Source: Candidatus Saccharimonadota bacterium | GTDB lineage: Bacteria; Patescibacteriota; Gracilibacteria; BD1-5; UBA6164 | Direction: 5' to 3' | Assembly (NCBI GenBank): GCA_963677765.1 | Contig: OY782392.1 | Location: 510,001-542,000, forward strand | Length of the DNA stretch: 32,000 nucleotides | Shown: piece by piece, positions 11,012-21,124 of the stretch | Layout: each line of letters opens with the position of its first letter | How positions within the stretch are numbered: the first letter of the stretch is position 1 | Program-made: the position numbers and the translations under genes | Notes under the pieces: model-generated | Databases searched by the model: none | What the model was told of the DNA's origin: nothing | Seen by the model: the letters and a program-made list of their open reading frames with translations, nothing else

Positions 11012-11713
11012 TTATTTTTTATTACTAAATAACAATTTGTTATGTTCTTCAAATTTTTCAATTACCATATGTAAAAGTTTGAATTTTTCTCATTTTTTTA
11101 AGTATATATATCATGTAATAGATGCTATAAGTGCTCATAGAGCATCTATCATTAAGTCAAACATTGTATCTCTAACTCATAATCTAGTATCCATATAACC
11201 GTATATAGATTCTAGTGCTTTTGCTTTTTGCATATTAGCACTTGTAAATTCATCTATCCAGAATTCAAATACTTCCCATATTGCTCATAGCATCATTGCA
11301 AAACTAAATGCAAATATTGCAATAATTATTTTTGGAGCAATTAATTTTCATGCTTTATATAGCATATACATTATAAGGAAACCTATAAATCATAATGCTA
11401 TTCATGCAAATGTATGTAGTAAAGTATCCCACCAGAATATTTTTTCATAAAAATCATTTACTTCTCATAGAAATAATGAAAAATATATAAAAAATATTAT
11501 AATTACTTGTATTTCTTTAGGTATAACTATTTTATATTTTGCAAAAATTAAATAAAAATAAGTTAACAATAAAGTTAACAATGTAATAAATACGGTAATC
11601 CAATTTTTTTCATAAATTCATATAAATGTTGCTAATACTAGTGTAAATCTCATTAACATAGTAAAGCTATCACTAAAAAAAATTTTTTTAGCTAGGTTAA
11701 AAATTCTTCTCAT
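11012..11713 (-). CDS. integral membrane protein, YjdF/DUF2238-like
   Basis: ATG 11713..11711, TAA 11014..11012, 233 aa. By-eye resemblance to YjdF motifs: WWDTLLHTFAG, IWEVFEFWIDE and RDTMFDLMIDALGALIAS. Confidence 0.45.
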
Positions 11714-11783
11714 TTATTTTATTTAACTATTTATTATATATTTATAGTATATAAATTTTTGTTTAAAAAAAAAGATAAATCTC

Positions 11784-12017
11784 TTATGATTTATCTTTTT
11801 TATCTTTGAATATATCCATAACTGAATCTTTTATTTGTTCTGGTATAGAAGCATAAGCACTAAAAATTTGTTTTATTTTATTATAAAACTCTACTATTTC
11901 CATTACAGGTCATAGTATTTTTAATACTCTTATAATCAAAACTATAAGAAGAGTTCAAATTATTGATGAAAATACAATTAATACTAAATAAAGTATTTCT
12001 AATATAGTTAATTCCAT
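11784..12017 (-). CDS. small membrane protein (77 aa)
   Basis: ATG 12017..12015, TAA 11786..11784. One TM helix (ILYLVLIVFSSIIGTLLIVLII). The stop lies inside the hairpin aaagataaatc/gatttatcttt, which is followed by a T-run on the minus strand. Confidence 0.45.
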
Positions 12018-12030
12018 AATATATATTTTT

Positions 12031-12525
12031 TTAAATTAAATCTATCTCTTTATTTATATCTAATTTAATAGATTTTACAAGTTTTTGAATATTTTCTTTT
12101 CAAGAAATTATTTTTAATTTTTTCGCATTTTCAAATACAACTATAGATGGAATTTCTTCAACTCACAAATCTTTATAGTCATATCAATCTATTTTTTCTT
12201 TTGATAACTTTAGATATATGTTTTGAGAAAATGTTTTTGTTACTAAAATAGGGTATTCATAAGTAAGGCTTTTAAAAAAGTCACTTTCTTCTTTTGCTAT
12301 TATTAAAATAGATCTTTTTACAAATACTTTATGTTCTCAAGTTTCTTTGCTAGTGAATTCCTTATTTTTTGATTTTTCTATTAGTAAATCTAGTCATTCT
12401 TTATCTTTTATAGATGCTTTAGAATTTATTATAGATTTTCATGTGCTTTCCAATTTTTCATTAGCTAACTCTCAAGCTTTTTTTGTAGCTTCAGTTAATT
12501 TATCTTTTATTTTTTTAAAATCCAT
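12031..12525 (-). CDS. hypothetical protein (164 aa); the C-terminal half looks thioredoxin-fold-like but has no CxxC
   Basis: ATG 12525..12523, TAA 12033..12031. The segment EIPSIVVFENAKKLKIISGKENIQKLV resembles the C-terminal beta-strands of thioredoxins. The protein contains no cysteine. Confidence 0.45.
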
Positions 12526-12600
12526 TTTTTTATATTATTTAATAACTTTTGTATTATTTTAACATTCTTTTAAAAAAATGTAAAAAAAATATAAAAAAAT

Positions 12601-12628
12601 TTGCAATTTGTTATTTTTTTTATATGAT
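12601..12628 (+). promoter_or_regulatory. candidate sigma70-type promoter of rplS
   Basis: TTGCAA (12601..12606), 16-nt spacer, TATGAT (12623..12628), about 43 nt upstream of the rplS ATG. Confidence 0.3.
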
Positions 12629-12670
12629 ATGCCCAGTTTTTAACTATTTTTAATTTTTTAAATAAATTTT

Positions 12671-13024
12671 ATGACAAATTCAGAACTAATTAAAAAGGTT
12701 CAAGCTCCTTTTTTACAAGAAGACAGACCTCAAATAAGAACAGGTATGGAAGTAGAAGTATACCAAATTATTAAAGAAAACAACAAAGAAAGAGTACAAA
12801 GATTTAAAGGTTTAGTTATTAAAACTGCTGGTAAATCAGAATTAGAAAAAACTATAACTGTAAGAAGAAAAATTGGTGCTTTTGGTGTAGAAAAAGTTTT
12901 TACTATACATTCTCCAACTATTCAAAAAATTGAAGTATTAAGACAATTTAAAGTTAGAAGAAAATCTATTAAATTTATCAGAGACCTTACTGGTAAAGCT
13001 GCTAGACTTAAAGAAGTTAGATAA
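12671..13024 (+). CDS. rplS: 50S ribosomal protein L19
   Basis: Intact even under the standard code. The 117-aa sequence MTNSELIKKVQAPFLQEDRPQIRTGMEVEVY...RRKSIKFIRDLTGKAARLKE is typical L19. All 6 Gly are GGT and there is no TGA. Confidence 0.97.
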   Translation: MTNSELIKKVQAPFLQEDRPQIRTGMEVEVYQIIKENNKERVQRFKGLVIKTAGKSELEKTITVRRKIGAFGVEKVFTIHSPTIQKIEVLRQFKVRRKSIKFIRDLTGKAARLKEVR

Positions 13025-13028
13025 TTAT

Positions 13029-13058
13029 AAACCCTTTATTATAAGGGTTTATTTTTTT
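13029..13058 (+). terminator. rho-independent terminator of rplS
   Basis: Arms aaaccctt (13029..13036) / aagggttt (13043..13050), followed by a T-run. Confidence 0.6.
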
Positions 13059-13063
13059 ATTTT

Positions 13064-13093
13064 AAAAGAGATGTTATATAACATCTCTTTTTT
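13064..13093. terminator. second, bidirectional hairpin between rplS and the tiny minus-strand ORF
   Basis: Arms aaaagagatgtta (13064..13076) / taacatctctttt (13079..13091), with A-run and T-run flanks. Confidence 0.5.
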
Positions 13094-13281
13094 GTAGATT
13101 TAATTGGAGCTTTTTATATAAATAGTTCCATCTTCATCTTCGTAATCCATTTAAGGATCTCCTTTTTTCTTTGTTTATGGGAATGTTATTTTATGATTTT
13201 ATAAAAAAAATCAAATTTATGTTTTAAAAAATTAGTTTTTTATTATAATCTTTATTAAATTAGTTAATTAATAATATAATA

Positions 13282-14736
13282 ATGAATTTGAAAGATTTAA
13301 GTTTAGAACAAATTATAAAAAAAATTGAAATATGAGAAATTTCAAGAGAAGATACTTTTAATTATTTTATTAAAAGAATTGAAAAATACGATGATAAAAT
13401 TAACGCATTTAATTTTATAAATACTAACTGATTAAACAAAGAAGATGGTATTTTAAATTGAGCGCCTATAGCTGTAAAAGATATATTTTGTGAAACATGA
13501 ATTAATACTACATGTTCGTCAAATATGTTAAAAGAATTTAAATCTCCTTATGATTCAACAGTAATAAAAAACTTAAAAGATGCTTGAATGAGTTCTTTGG
13601 GTAAAGTTACAATGGATGAGTTTGCAATGTGATCAACAAATGAGTCTAGTGCATTAAAAAAAGCAATTAATCCATGGTGAACAAATAGAATACCTGGTGG
13701 ATCAAGTTGATGATCTGCAGCTGCAGTAGCTGCATGATTAGCTCCAGCTGCTTTAGGTACTGACACAGGTTGAAGTATAAGACAACCAGCAAGTATGTGT
13801 AATGTAGTATGATTTAAGCCAAGTTATTGAAGAAATAGTAGATATTGAGTAATGGCAATGGCTTCTAGTTTAGACTGTCCTTGAACACTTACAAAAACAG
13901 TTAAAGATTCAGCAATATTATATAATGTTATGAATGGTTATGATGAAAAAGAAAATACATCATTACCAGGTAAAGATATTATTGATGATAAAATATGGGA
14001 TACAAAAGATCTTAAATGATTCAAAATTTGAATACCAAAAGAATATTTTGAAGAATGATTAGATGAAGGTGTTAGAAAAACTATAGAAGACTCTATAGAA
14101 AAATTAAAAGAATTATGAGCTGAAATAAAGGAAGTTAGTCTACCTATGACTAAATATGCTATAGCTACTTATTATATTATAATGCCAGCGGAAGTATCTA
14201 CTAATATGAGTAGATATGATTGATTAAGATTTGGTCATTCATCAGATAAATGATATGAATCAACAGATGAATTATTTATGAATAATAGATGAGAATGATT
14301 TTGAGATGAAGTTAAAAGAAGAATAGTTCTTTGAAGTTATGTTTTATCTGCATGATTTTATGATGCTTATTTTAAAAAAGCTACCCAAATTAGAACTCTT
14401 ATAATAAAAGATTTTGAAAAAGCTTTTGAAGAAGTAGATGCTATAGTTAGTCCTGTTTCTCCAAATGTAGCATGGAAAAGTTGAGAAAAAATAGATGATC
14501 CTGTAAAAATGTATTTGAGTGATGCTTATACTATACCAGCTTCATTAGCTTGATTACCATGAATAAGTGTTCCTGCAGGTTTTGCTAAAAGTGAAGATAG
14601 TGAGGAAGAATTATTACCTGTATGAATGCAAATATTAACACCAAGATTAGAAGAACAAAGACTTTTTGAAATAGCTCATGTTTTTGAACAAAATACAAAA
14701 TATTGAGAAAAAAAACCAGAAGGTTTTGATGATTAA
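13282..14736 (+). CDS. gatA: Asp-tRNA(Asn)/Glu-tRNA(Gln) amidotransferase subunit A
   Basis: ATG 13282, TAA 14734..14736, 484 aa. Amidase signature [33 protein letters not shown], with several Gly encoded by TGA. No gatB or gatC is adjacent. Confidence 0.93.
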
Positions 14737-14742
14737 TAAAAT

Positions 14743-14772
14743 TTGCAAAAATAACTATAAGTATGTTAAAAT
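14743..14772 (+). promoter_or_regulatory. candidate promoter with extended -10 for the acidic protein gene
   Basis: TTGCAA (14743..14748), 18-nt spacer, TGT-TAAAAT (14764..14772). It lies in the loop/arm of the gatA terminator hairpin, whose arms are 14748..14759 / 14776..14787. Confidence 0.35.
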
Positions 14773-14802
14773 ACCTATAGTTATTTTTTATTTATAATAA
14801 TT

Positions 14803-16002
14803 ATGTCATCACCATTAATTCCAAGCTCAAATATGCCTTGATTTGAAAATCCAGAAGAAAGAAGAAGAATAGATGAGGATAATCAAAGGTTTAAACAATT
14901 AAATGAAAGTGCTACACCAGAACAAACAGAACAAATTAAAAATGAAGCATCTGAAATTTTTTGAAAATCTTTTGATCCAAATGAAAATATAATTGATGTT
15001 TCAGAATTAGAAAAACAAGATGATTTTGAAAATCCAGATGATATATTAAATAATCTTGATTCAGTTGATTCTAATATTCAAAATTTAGATAGTGAACAAA
15101 CATTAGTAAATGAATCTTCTAATAATACAGATGAATTAATTGTAGGGAGTTCTTCAAATGATGAGTCTAATTCTATAGAGGAAGCTAACACAAGATCTTC
15201 AGACTCTATATCTCCTTATTCTCCAGTAGTTGATAGACTATTATCTATAAATGAGATTACAGAAGAAGAACACCAAGAAATTTTATCTAAACTTAACTCT
15301 TATACTAGAGAAGAAGGTAAAAACTATTTTTTAGCTATGGTTGAAAATATAGATAATAAAGATATAAAAAATAATATTGTTGATTCATTTGAATCCAATA
15401 GTAATATAAATGAGTCTAATTTTGATAAATCTGATTTTTATAAAGATTCTACAGATTTAAATATTGATCTTGATAATTGAGTTTGAGGTTTGGAAATAAT
15501 GCTTGCAAAAAACTATATTGATATACCTAGTCCTGAATGAAAATCAAACAAAGATGAAAATATTAATCAATCAATGGATGTAACCTTAAATACAATTTTG
15601 ACAAACAATTCAAAAGATTTTATTCAAAATAATTCTGATTTAATAGATGAAATAAAGTCTCAAACAAATCTTAATGATAAATATAATTCTTTAAAAAAAT
15701 TATACAAAGAAGATTTAAAAGAAGATGCTAAAATAGGTTGAAAAAAATGATTAGAAGAATCTAAAAGAAAGAAAAACTCTTTAATAGAAAAAGCTAAAAA
15801 ATTAAATGAAGAAATAAAAGATGCTAAAAATATAGAAGATAATGAGTTAAAAGAAAAAAAATTAGAAGAACTAAATAAACAAAAACAAGAAATTATTGAT
15901 GAATGAAATTGAATAGATAATTTTGAAGCAGAAATATTATCATTGTCTTGATGAGATATAGATAAATCAAATGAGTCAACAAAAAACAATGAAACTAATT
16001 AG
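14803..16002 (+). CDS. acidic Asn/Asp/Glu/Ser-rich hypothetical protein (399 aa)
   Basis: ATG 14803, TAG 16000..16002, open with TGA=Gly. Low-complexity acidic N-terminal half and a Lys/Glu coiled-coil-like C-terminal part. No recognisable domain. Confidence 0.55.
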
Positions 16003-16020
16003 TTTCATTGTTTTTTGTTG
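15977..16020. terminator. perfect 44-nt palindrome (22+22) acting as a bidirectional terminator inside the 3' ends of two convergent genes
   Basis: caacaaaaaacaatgaaactaa / ttagtttcattgttttttgttg is an exact reverse complement with no spacer. It contains the TAG (16000..16002, + strand) and the TAA (16001..15999, - strand). Confidence 0.7.
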
Positions 16021-17444
16021 ATTATAAATATTATTACTAAAAAATATATAAATACTAATAATCCTTTATATATTCATAAATCAACAGAAATAATTGAGTT
16101 AGGATTGCTTCAAAAATAATTTACTATATTTATATCCCATTTTAGTAATATATATGCTAGAAATCAAAATAAATATCAAAAAATATATATAAAATCTAAA
16201 AATATAATTGATAAAAATCAAAATAGCATAGCTAATGGTATAGTCCATGCAACTAAAACATTTGTAATAGGTGATATTATAGATATTTGTCAAAAATTAG
16301 TTGCCATAATAGGTATAGTAAAAATATATGCAGCTAATGTTATAGAAATAGCATTTCTTATTTCTAATGTATTTGGTAAAAATTTTAAAATTTTATCAAA
16401 TCAATCTTTAAAATACATTATTCATAATACAGCTAAAAAACTCAAATGTAGAGATACATCATAATTTAAACTATATGGATTTATAGTAATCATAATTATT
16501 AAAGCAAGTACTATAACTGCCAAATTATTAGCTTTTCTACCATTAATTATTATGTAATATCAAATTACTCACATAATAGCTGCTCTTATAACTGGAGCAC
16601 TAAATCATACTAAAAAACAAAATAACAATATAGAAATTGATATTATAGTTAGTCTCATATATTTATTTAATCATTTTATTAAATATGATATAAATAATAT
16701 AATTATTGTTATATTAAATCATGATACAGCAATAAAGTGAGTTAATCAAGAATTATTGAAATTATTATTTAATTCTTTAGGTATTGATTCTCTTGCTCAC
16801 AATAGTATTCATCATAAAAAGATTGCTTCTTCATTAGGATATAATTTATGAATGTTTTTTAATAAATATTCTCTTGTTCTTATTATATTTGACTCAATAA
16901 TATTTATTTTTTCTATTTTTATTTTTTCATATGTATATGGATAAGATTTAAAATATATTCATTTTGAGTACATATACTTTTTATAATCAAAACTATCAAA
17001 ATTTTTAATTGAGTAAATTTTTGTTTTAGTTTTTATTATTGTTCACTTTTCTAGTTTATAGTTTCATTTTATATATATTTCTCATTTTATATTTTCATTT
17101 ATTAATAATGTTTTATATATAGTATATTTTTCATCTATTTTGTTAATTCATATTATTTTTATTAGATAATCTTTGTTTATTTCTTGAATATAATTAACTT
17201 TGTCTATATTAATGTCTATATTTATTTTATTTATCTCTGAAACTATTATTCATATAAAAAATCAAATCAAAATTAATATAAATATATAATTTATTTTTCT
17301 TTTTATAATAATAAACAATAAAAAAAGCACTACTAAAAATAGTAGTACTAGGAGAGATGTAAAAAATAGGAGAGTTATATTATTGATATATATTCATGAT
17401 AAATAGAAAAATCATATCAATATAAATATTTTTGATTTATTCAT
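15999..17444 (-). CDS. comEC: ComEC/Rec2 DNA internalization channel protein (short form, no metallo-beta-lactamase domain)
   Basis: ATG 17444..17442, TAA 16001..15999, 481 aa. Competence-domain motifs FLGGILLGARESIP, NNSGLTHFIAVSGFNITII and SAPVIRAAIMG. Multi-TM throughout. Confidence 0.85.
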
Positions 17445-17448
17445 TATA

Positions 17449-18243
17449 TTAGTTATTTATTACAACTTTTTCTTTAGGTTCTTCTTTATATATATTATAC
17501 AATCTTTTTACACAAAAAATAAATAATATTATTGCTCATATTTGAGTAAAGTTAATTCATATCATATCTTTGAATATTCAATACTTTCAACTAAAAAATT
17601 CTAATATAAACACTGTACAAGAAATAAGCATTAAACCTAAGTATCATATAATTTTATTATAGTTTAGATACATAGAACTTATATATAATCAACAAAATAT
17701 AATAAAGAAAGATATAGAATAAATTATAGGTAAAGGAAATACCGGTACTTTATATGGTACTGGAGTAAAAGGGTGATTATACATTATTTCAATACCTAGA
17801 AATGTTTCTTTTCAATATACTTGTCATCAAAGTAATGCTCATATATATCATATAGGAAGTATAAATAAGAATGAAATAACTAATCATGTAATAAAATTAT
17901 CTAATTTTTCTTTTCTTATTCTAAGTAATATATAAAATACTACTAAAAATCAAAATATAGCTCAAGTTAATGAAAAATGATAATCATTCATTATAAAAAA
18001 CTCAATAGGGTTTTCTATATGTTTTAGATCATTCCATCTAGATATTACATAAAATAATCTAGAAAAGAAAAATATTCATATAAAATACCATAATAAATTT
18101 TTTTTGAATATTATGAAGTCAAATCATATTTTAATAGACATTTTTTTTAACATCCATACAAAAAGAAAAAAACTTATTGTAATTGTAAGTCAAAAAGTAT
18201 ATATCAATACTCATGTTATTGGTTCTGTAATAAATGGATACAC
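17449..18243 (-). CDS. Lgt (prolipoprotein diacylglyceryl transferase)-like integral membrane protein, divergent
   Basis: GTG 18243..18241 (no in-frame ATG before the first TM helix), TAA 17451..17449, 264 aa. By-eye collinearity with E. coli Lgt: GVLIYTFGL ~ HWYGL, IGYIGALLGGQVYGKET ~ GRLGNFINGELWGR, ILEFFSGK ~ VEFFRQ. Confidence 0.45.
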
Positions 18244-18291
18244 TTTTATTATTTTTATTAATAAAATATAGACTATATTATAAATTTAATC

Positions 18292-18326
18292 AAAAAAAGC
18301 AAAGATTTTTTATCTTTGCTTTTTTT
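18292..18326. terminator. bidirectional terminator overlapping the ndk stop
   Basis: 15-bp arms aaaaaaagcaaagat (18292..18306) / atctttgcttttttt (18312..18326). Confidence 0.6.
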
Positions 18327-18738
18327 GATTTCAAAAATGTATATTGTATTCTCTGTCTGACTCGTGTTTAGAATCAGATGCATGTATCATATTATATAAT
18401 TTTGAATTATTTCAAATATATTTATCTCTCATTTTTAATGCTATTTCTCTTATATTTTTTATACAATTTTCTCAGCTTATCAATAGTATTTCAGAAACTT
18501 CACTAGATATATAATCTAGTACATCATTAAACAAAGGGTGATCTTTTTTTTCTTCATAATGTATATATGCAACTTCTTTATTTATTCATTTTTTTCTAGA
18601 AATTACATTGTATTTATCTCTAATAATTCTCTCAAATATTTTCTTAAACTTTTCTCTCTCTATTCTTGGTTTTTCTCAGAATTCTTGCTCTGGTATATCT
18701 GGTTTTAATATGACAATAGTTTTTTCTATTTTATTCAT
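18310..18738 (-). CDS. ndk: nucleoside diphosphate kinase-like protein (divergent)
   Basis: ATG 18738..18736, TAA 18312..18310, 142 aa. EKTIVILKPD at the N-terminus and NMIHASDSKHESDREYNIHF, matching the NxxHGSDSxESAxREIxxFF active-site region. Confidence 0.7.
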
Positions 18739-18754
18739 TTTATTAATAATATTA

Positions 18755-19312
18755 TTATGCTCTAGATCTGTATTCTTTTGTTCTTGTGTCTATAACTAAT
18801 TTATCTCATATATTTATGAATAAAGGAACTTGTACAACTAATCATGTTGTCATTGTTGCAGGTTTTTTACCTCAAGTAGCAGTATCTCATTTTTCCCCAG
18901 GAGGAGTATCAGTTACTTCTAAAATACAAGTAGGTTCTAAGTTTATATTTATAGGTGAACCATTAAATTCTTGTAACATAACTTTGTCTCAATCTTGTAA
19001 AAATAGTTCTGCTCAGTCTAAGGCTTTTTTATCTAAGTCTACTTGTTCAAAAGTTTCATTATTCATGAAATAGTATCTTTCACCATCATTATAAAGATAT
19101 TCATAGGTTTTAGTTGCTATATCAGCAGGTTCAAATATATCTTTATCTGAAAATGTTCTAGGAACATTACCTCAATGTAAAAGGTTTTTAGCTTTTATAT
19201 TTATAATAGAACCTCATCTTCACATAACTTTTTGTGAATAACTTACTACTTCAAAAGGTTCTCATTCCATCATAAATTTTTTTCAAACTTTTAATTCATT
19301 TGCATTTAACAT
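18755..19312 (-). CDS. efp: translation elongation factor P
   Basis: ATG 19312..19310, TAA 18757..18755, 185 aa. Segments GKKFMMEGEPFEVVSYSQKVMGRGGSIINIKAKNLLHG, DTPPGEKGDTATGGKKPATMTTG and VQVPLFINIGDKLVIDTR. Confidence 0.93.
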
Positions 19313-19335
19313 AGTTTTATTTTAAATAGTAAAAA

Positions 19336-19373
19336 TTACGAATTACAATTATATTTATAATCGTAATTCGTAA
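19336..19373 (-). terminator. hairpin between rny and efp (terminator/attenuator of rny)
   Basis: Arms ttacgaattac (19336..) / gtaattcgtaa (..19373), 11 of 12 bp and CG-containing. Followed by TTTTT on the minus strand (plus-strand aaaaa at 19331..19335). Confidence 0.45.
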
Positions 19374-19387
19374 AAAAGTCAATAGTA

Positions 19388-20869
19388 TTATTTAGCTACC
19401 TCTATAACTCTCATTTCTCTTATAAGATTAACTTTAACTTCTCAAGGGTAAGATAATTTTTCTTGAATATTATCAGCTATATCTCTAGCTAATTTTTCAG
19501 CTTGTAAATCTGATATAGTTTTTGCATCTACAAATACTCTTACTTCTCTACCAGCAGATAATGCATAAGCTTTATTAACTCAAGAAAAACTTGATACTAA
19601 AGCTTCCATCTCTTGTACTCTTTTTAAATAATCTTCTATAACTTCTCTTCTAGCTCAAGGTCTAACAGAACTAATTGCATCAGCAACTTGAACTATTGTA
19701 GCTTCTAATGATATACTAAATTGTTCACCATGATGGTTTTCAATCATATCAATAACTTTTTCAGGAAGTTTATATTTTCTTGCTAAAATTCATCCTATTT
19801 CTGGGTGAGTTCATTCATATTCTTGATCTAATGCTTTTCAAATATCATGTAATAGTCAACCAATCTTACACATCATAGGGTCAGCTCATAATTCTTTTGC
19901 TAATGCTTCAGCAATTAAAGCTACTTCTTTAGAGTGTTTTATTATATTTTGACCATAACTAGTTCTAAATCTAAGTTTTCAAATAACAGGTATTATTTCA
20001 TCTGGAATACTTGTTATTCATAATTCATCTAGAACTTTATTTCATAACTCTTTTAATAACATATCAGCTTCTTCTTCTGTTTTTGCAACAACTTCTTCTA
20101 TTCTAGCTGGTTGTATTCTACCATCTTCTATAAGTTTTTCTAAAGATTTTTTAGCTATATATCTTCTATATAAATCAAAAGCAGAAATAAATACTGTATC
20201 AGGAGTGTCATCTATAATTAGAGCAACTCATGCAGATCTTTCAAAAGTAGTTATGTTTCTACCTTCTTTTCATATAAGTTTTCATTTTATATCATCGCTA
20301 GGAATAGGTATTACTGTAGTTGTTACTTCACTTGTAACATCTCAAGCATATTGTTGTATTGATTTTAATATTATATCTCTTGCTATTTCTTTTTTATTAT
20401 CTTCTGTTTTCTTTTTGTGTTTTATTATTAGATTTTTTCAATCTTCTTCATATTTTTCTTCTATTTTTTTCATAAATAATTCACGAGCTTCTTCCTCTGT
20501 GAGTCTAGATATTTCTGATAATTTTCATTCTAATTCAAACTTCTTATCTTCTATTTTTTCTTTTTCTTCTCTTAATTCATCTTCTTTTTGTATAAGTTTT
20601 TCTTGTCTTTCTTCTATATTTTCTAATTTTTTTTCAATTTTTTCTTCTTTTTCTAATATTCTTTCTTCAGCTTTTTCAGCTTTTGATAAAGTTTCTAGAC
20701 TTTCTTTTTTTGCATTTGTTATTAATTCAAACGCTTTATTTTCAGCATCTTTTATTATTTTTGATGCTTTATCTTGAGCTTTATTATTTTTTCTGTTTTC
20801 CCAGAAAAAGAATAATATAACAGATATAGCCATTCAAACAATAAAAGACATTATTATTTCTAAATACAT
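19388..20869 (-). CDS. rny: ribonuclease Y
   Basis: ATG 20869..20867, in frame 12 codons upstream of the ORF-track start. TAA 19390..19388, 493 aa. N-terminal TM helix, Lys/Glu coiled coil, KH motif GKLIGKEGRNI, and HD domain GGLLHDIGKA...ENHHGE. Confidence 0.92.
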
Positions 20870-21084
20870 TGTCCTTTTTTATTAAACTATAAATAGATAA
20901 AAATCCGTTCTTTAAAAAATATGTAAATTATTTTACATATAAAATATCAAATATTTTATTGAATATAAATGAAGTTTTTTGGATAATTAAAGAAAATTTT
21001 ATTTTTTCAAATTTTTATTTTATTGGGAACTTATAATATTATATAAGCTTTTATAGTTTACACATTTTTGAGATAATGCAATAA

Positions 21085-21120
21085 AAAAAACTATTACTTT
21101 TTTAAAAGTAATAGTTTTTT
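21085..21120 (-). terminator. rho-independent terminator of fusA
   Basis: 17-bp arms aaaaaactattactttt (21085..21101) / aaaagtaatagtttttt (21104..21120), immediately downstream of the fusA stop. Confidence 0.6.
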
Positions 21121-21124
21121 TATA

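Noticed and set aside
20205-20777. A 190-aa plus-strand ORF. Similar long ORFs lie at 26018..26437 (+), 18786..19073 (+), 15660..15989 (-), 13548..13766 (-) and 23038..23223 (-).
   Set aside because: They are antisense or alternative frames of rny, fmt, efp, the acidic protein, gatA and fusA. They have low-complexity Ser/Phe/Ile-rich composition and stay open only because the AT-rich coding strand lacks the complementary stop triplets.
20919-20940. A 9-bp inverted repeat, atatgtaaa-ttat-tttacatat, 50-70 bp upstream of rny, considered as a possible operator.
   Set aside because: Short A/T-only palindromes are frequent by chance at this base composition, and I found no second copy or supporting context.
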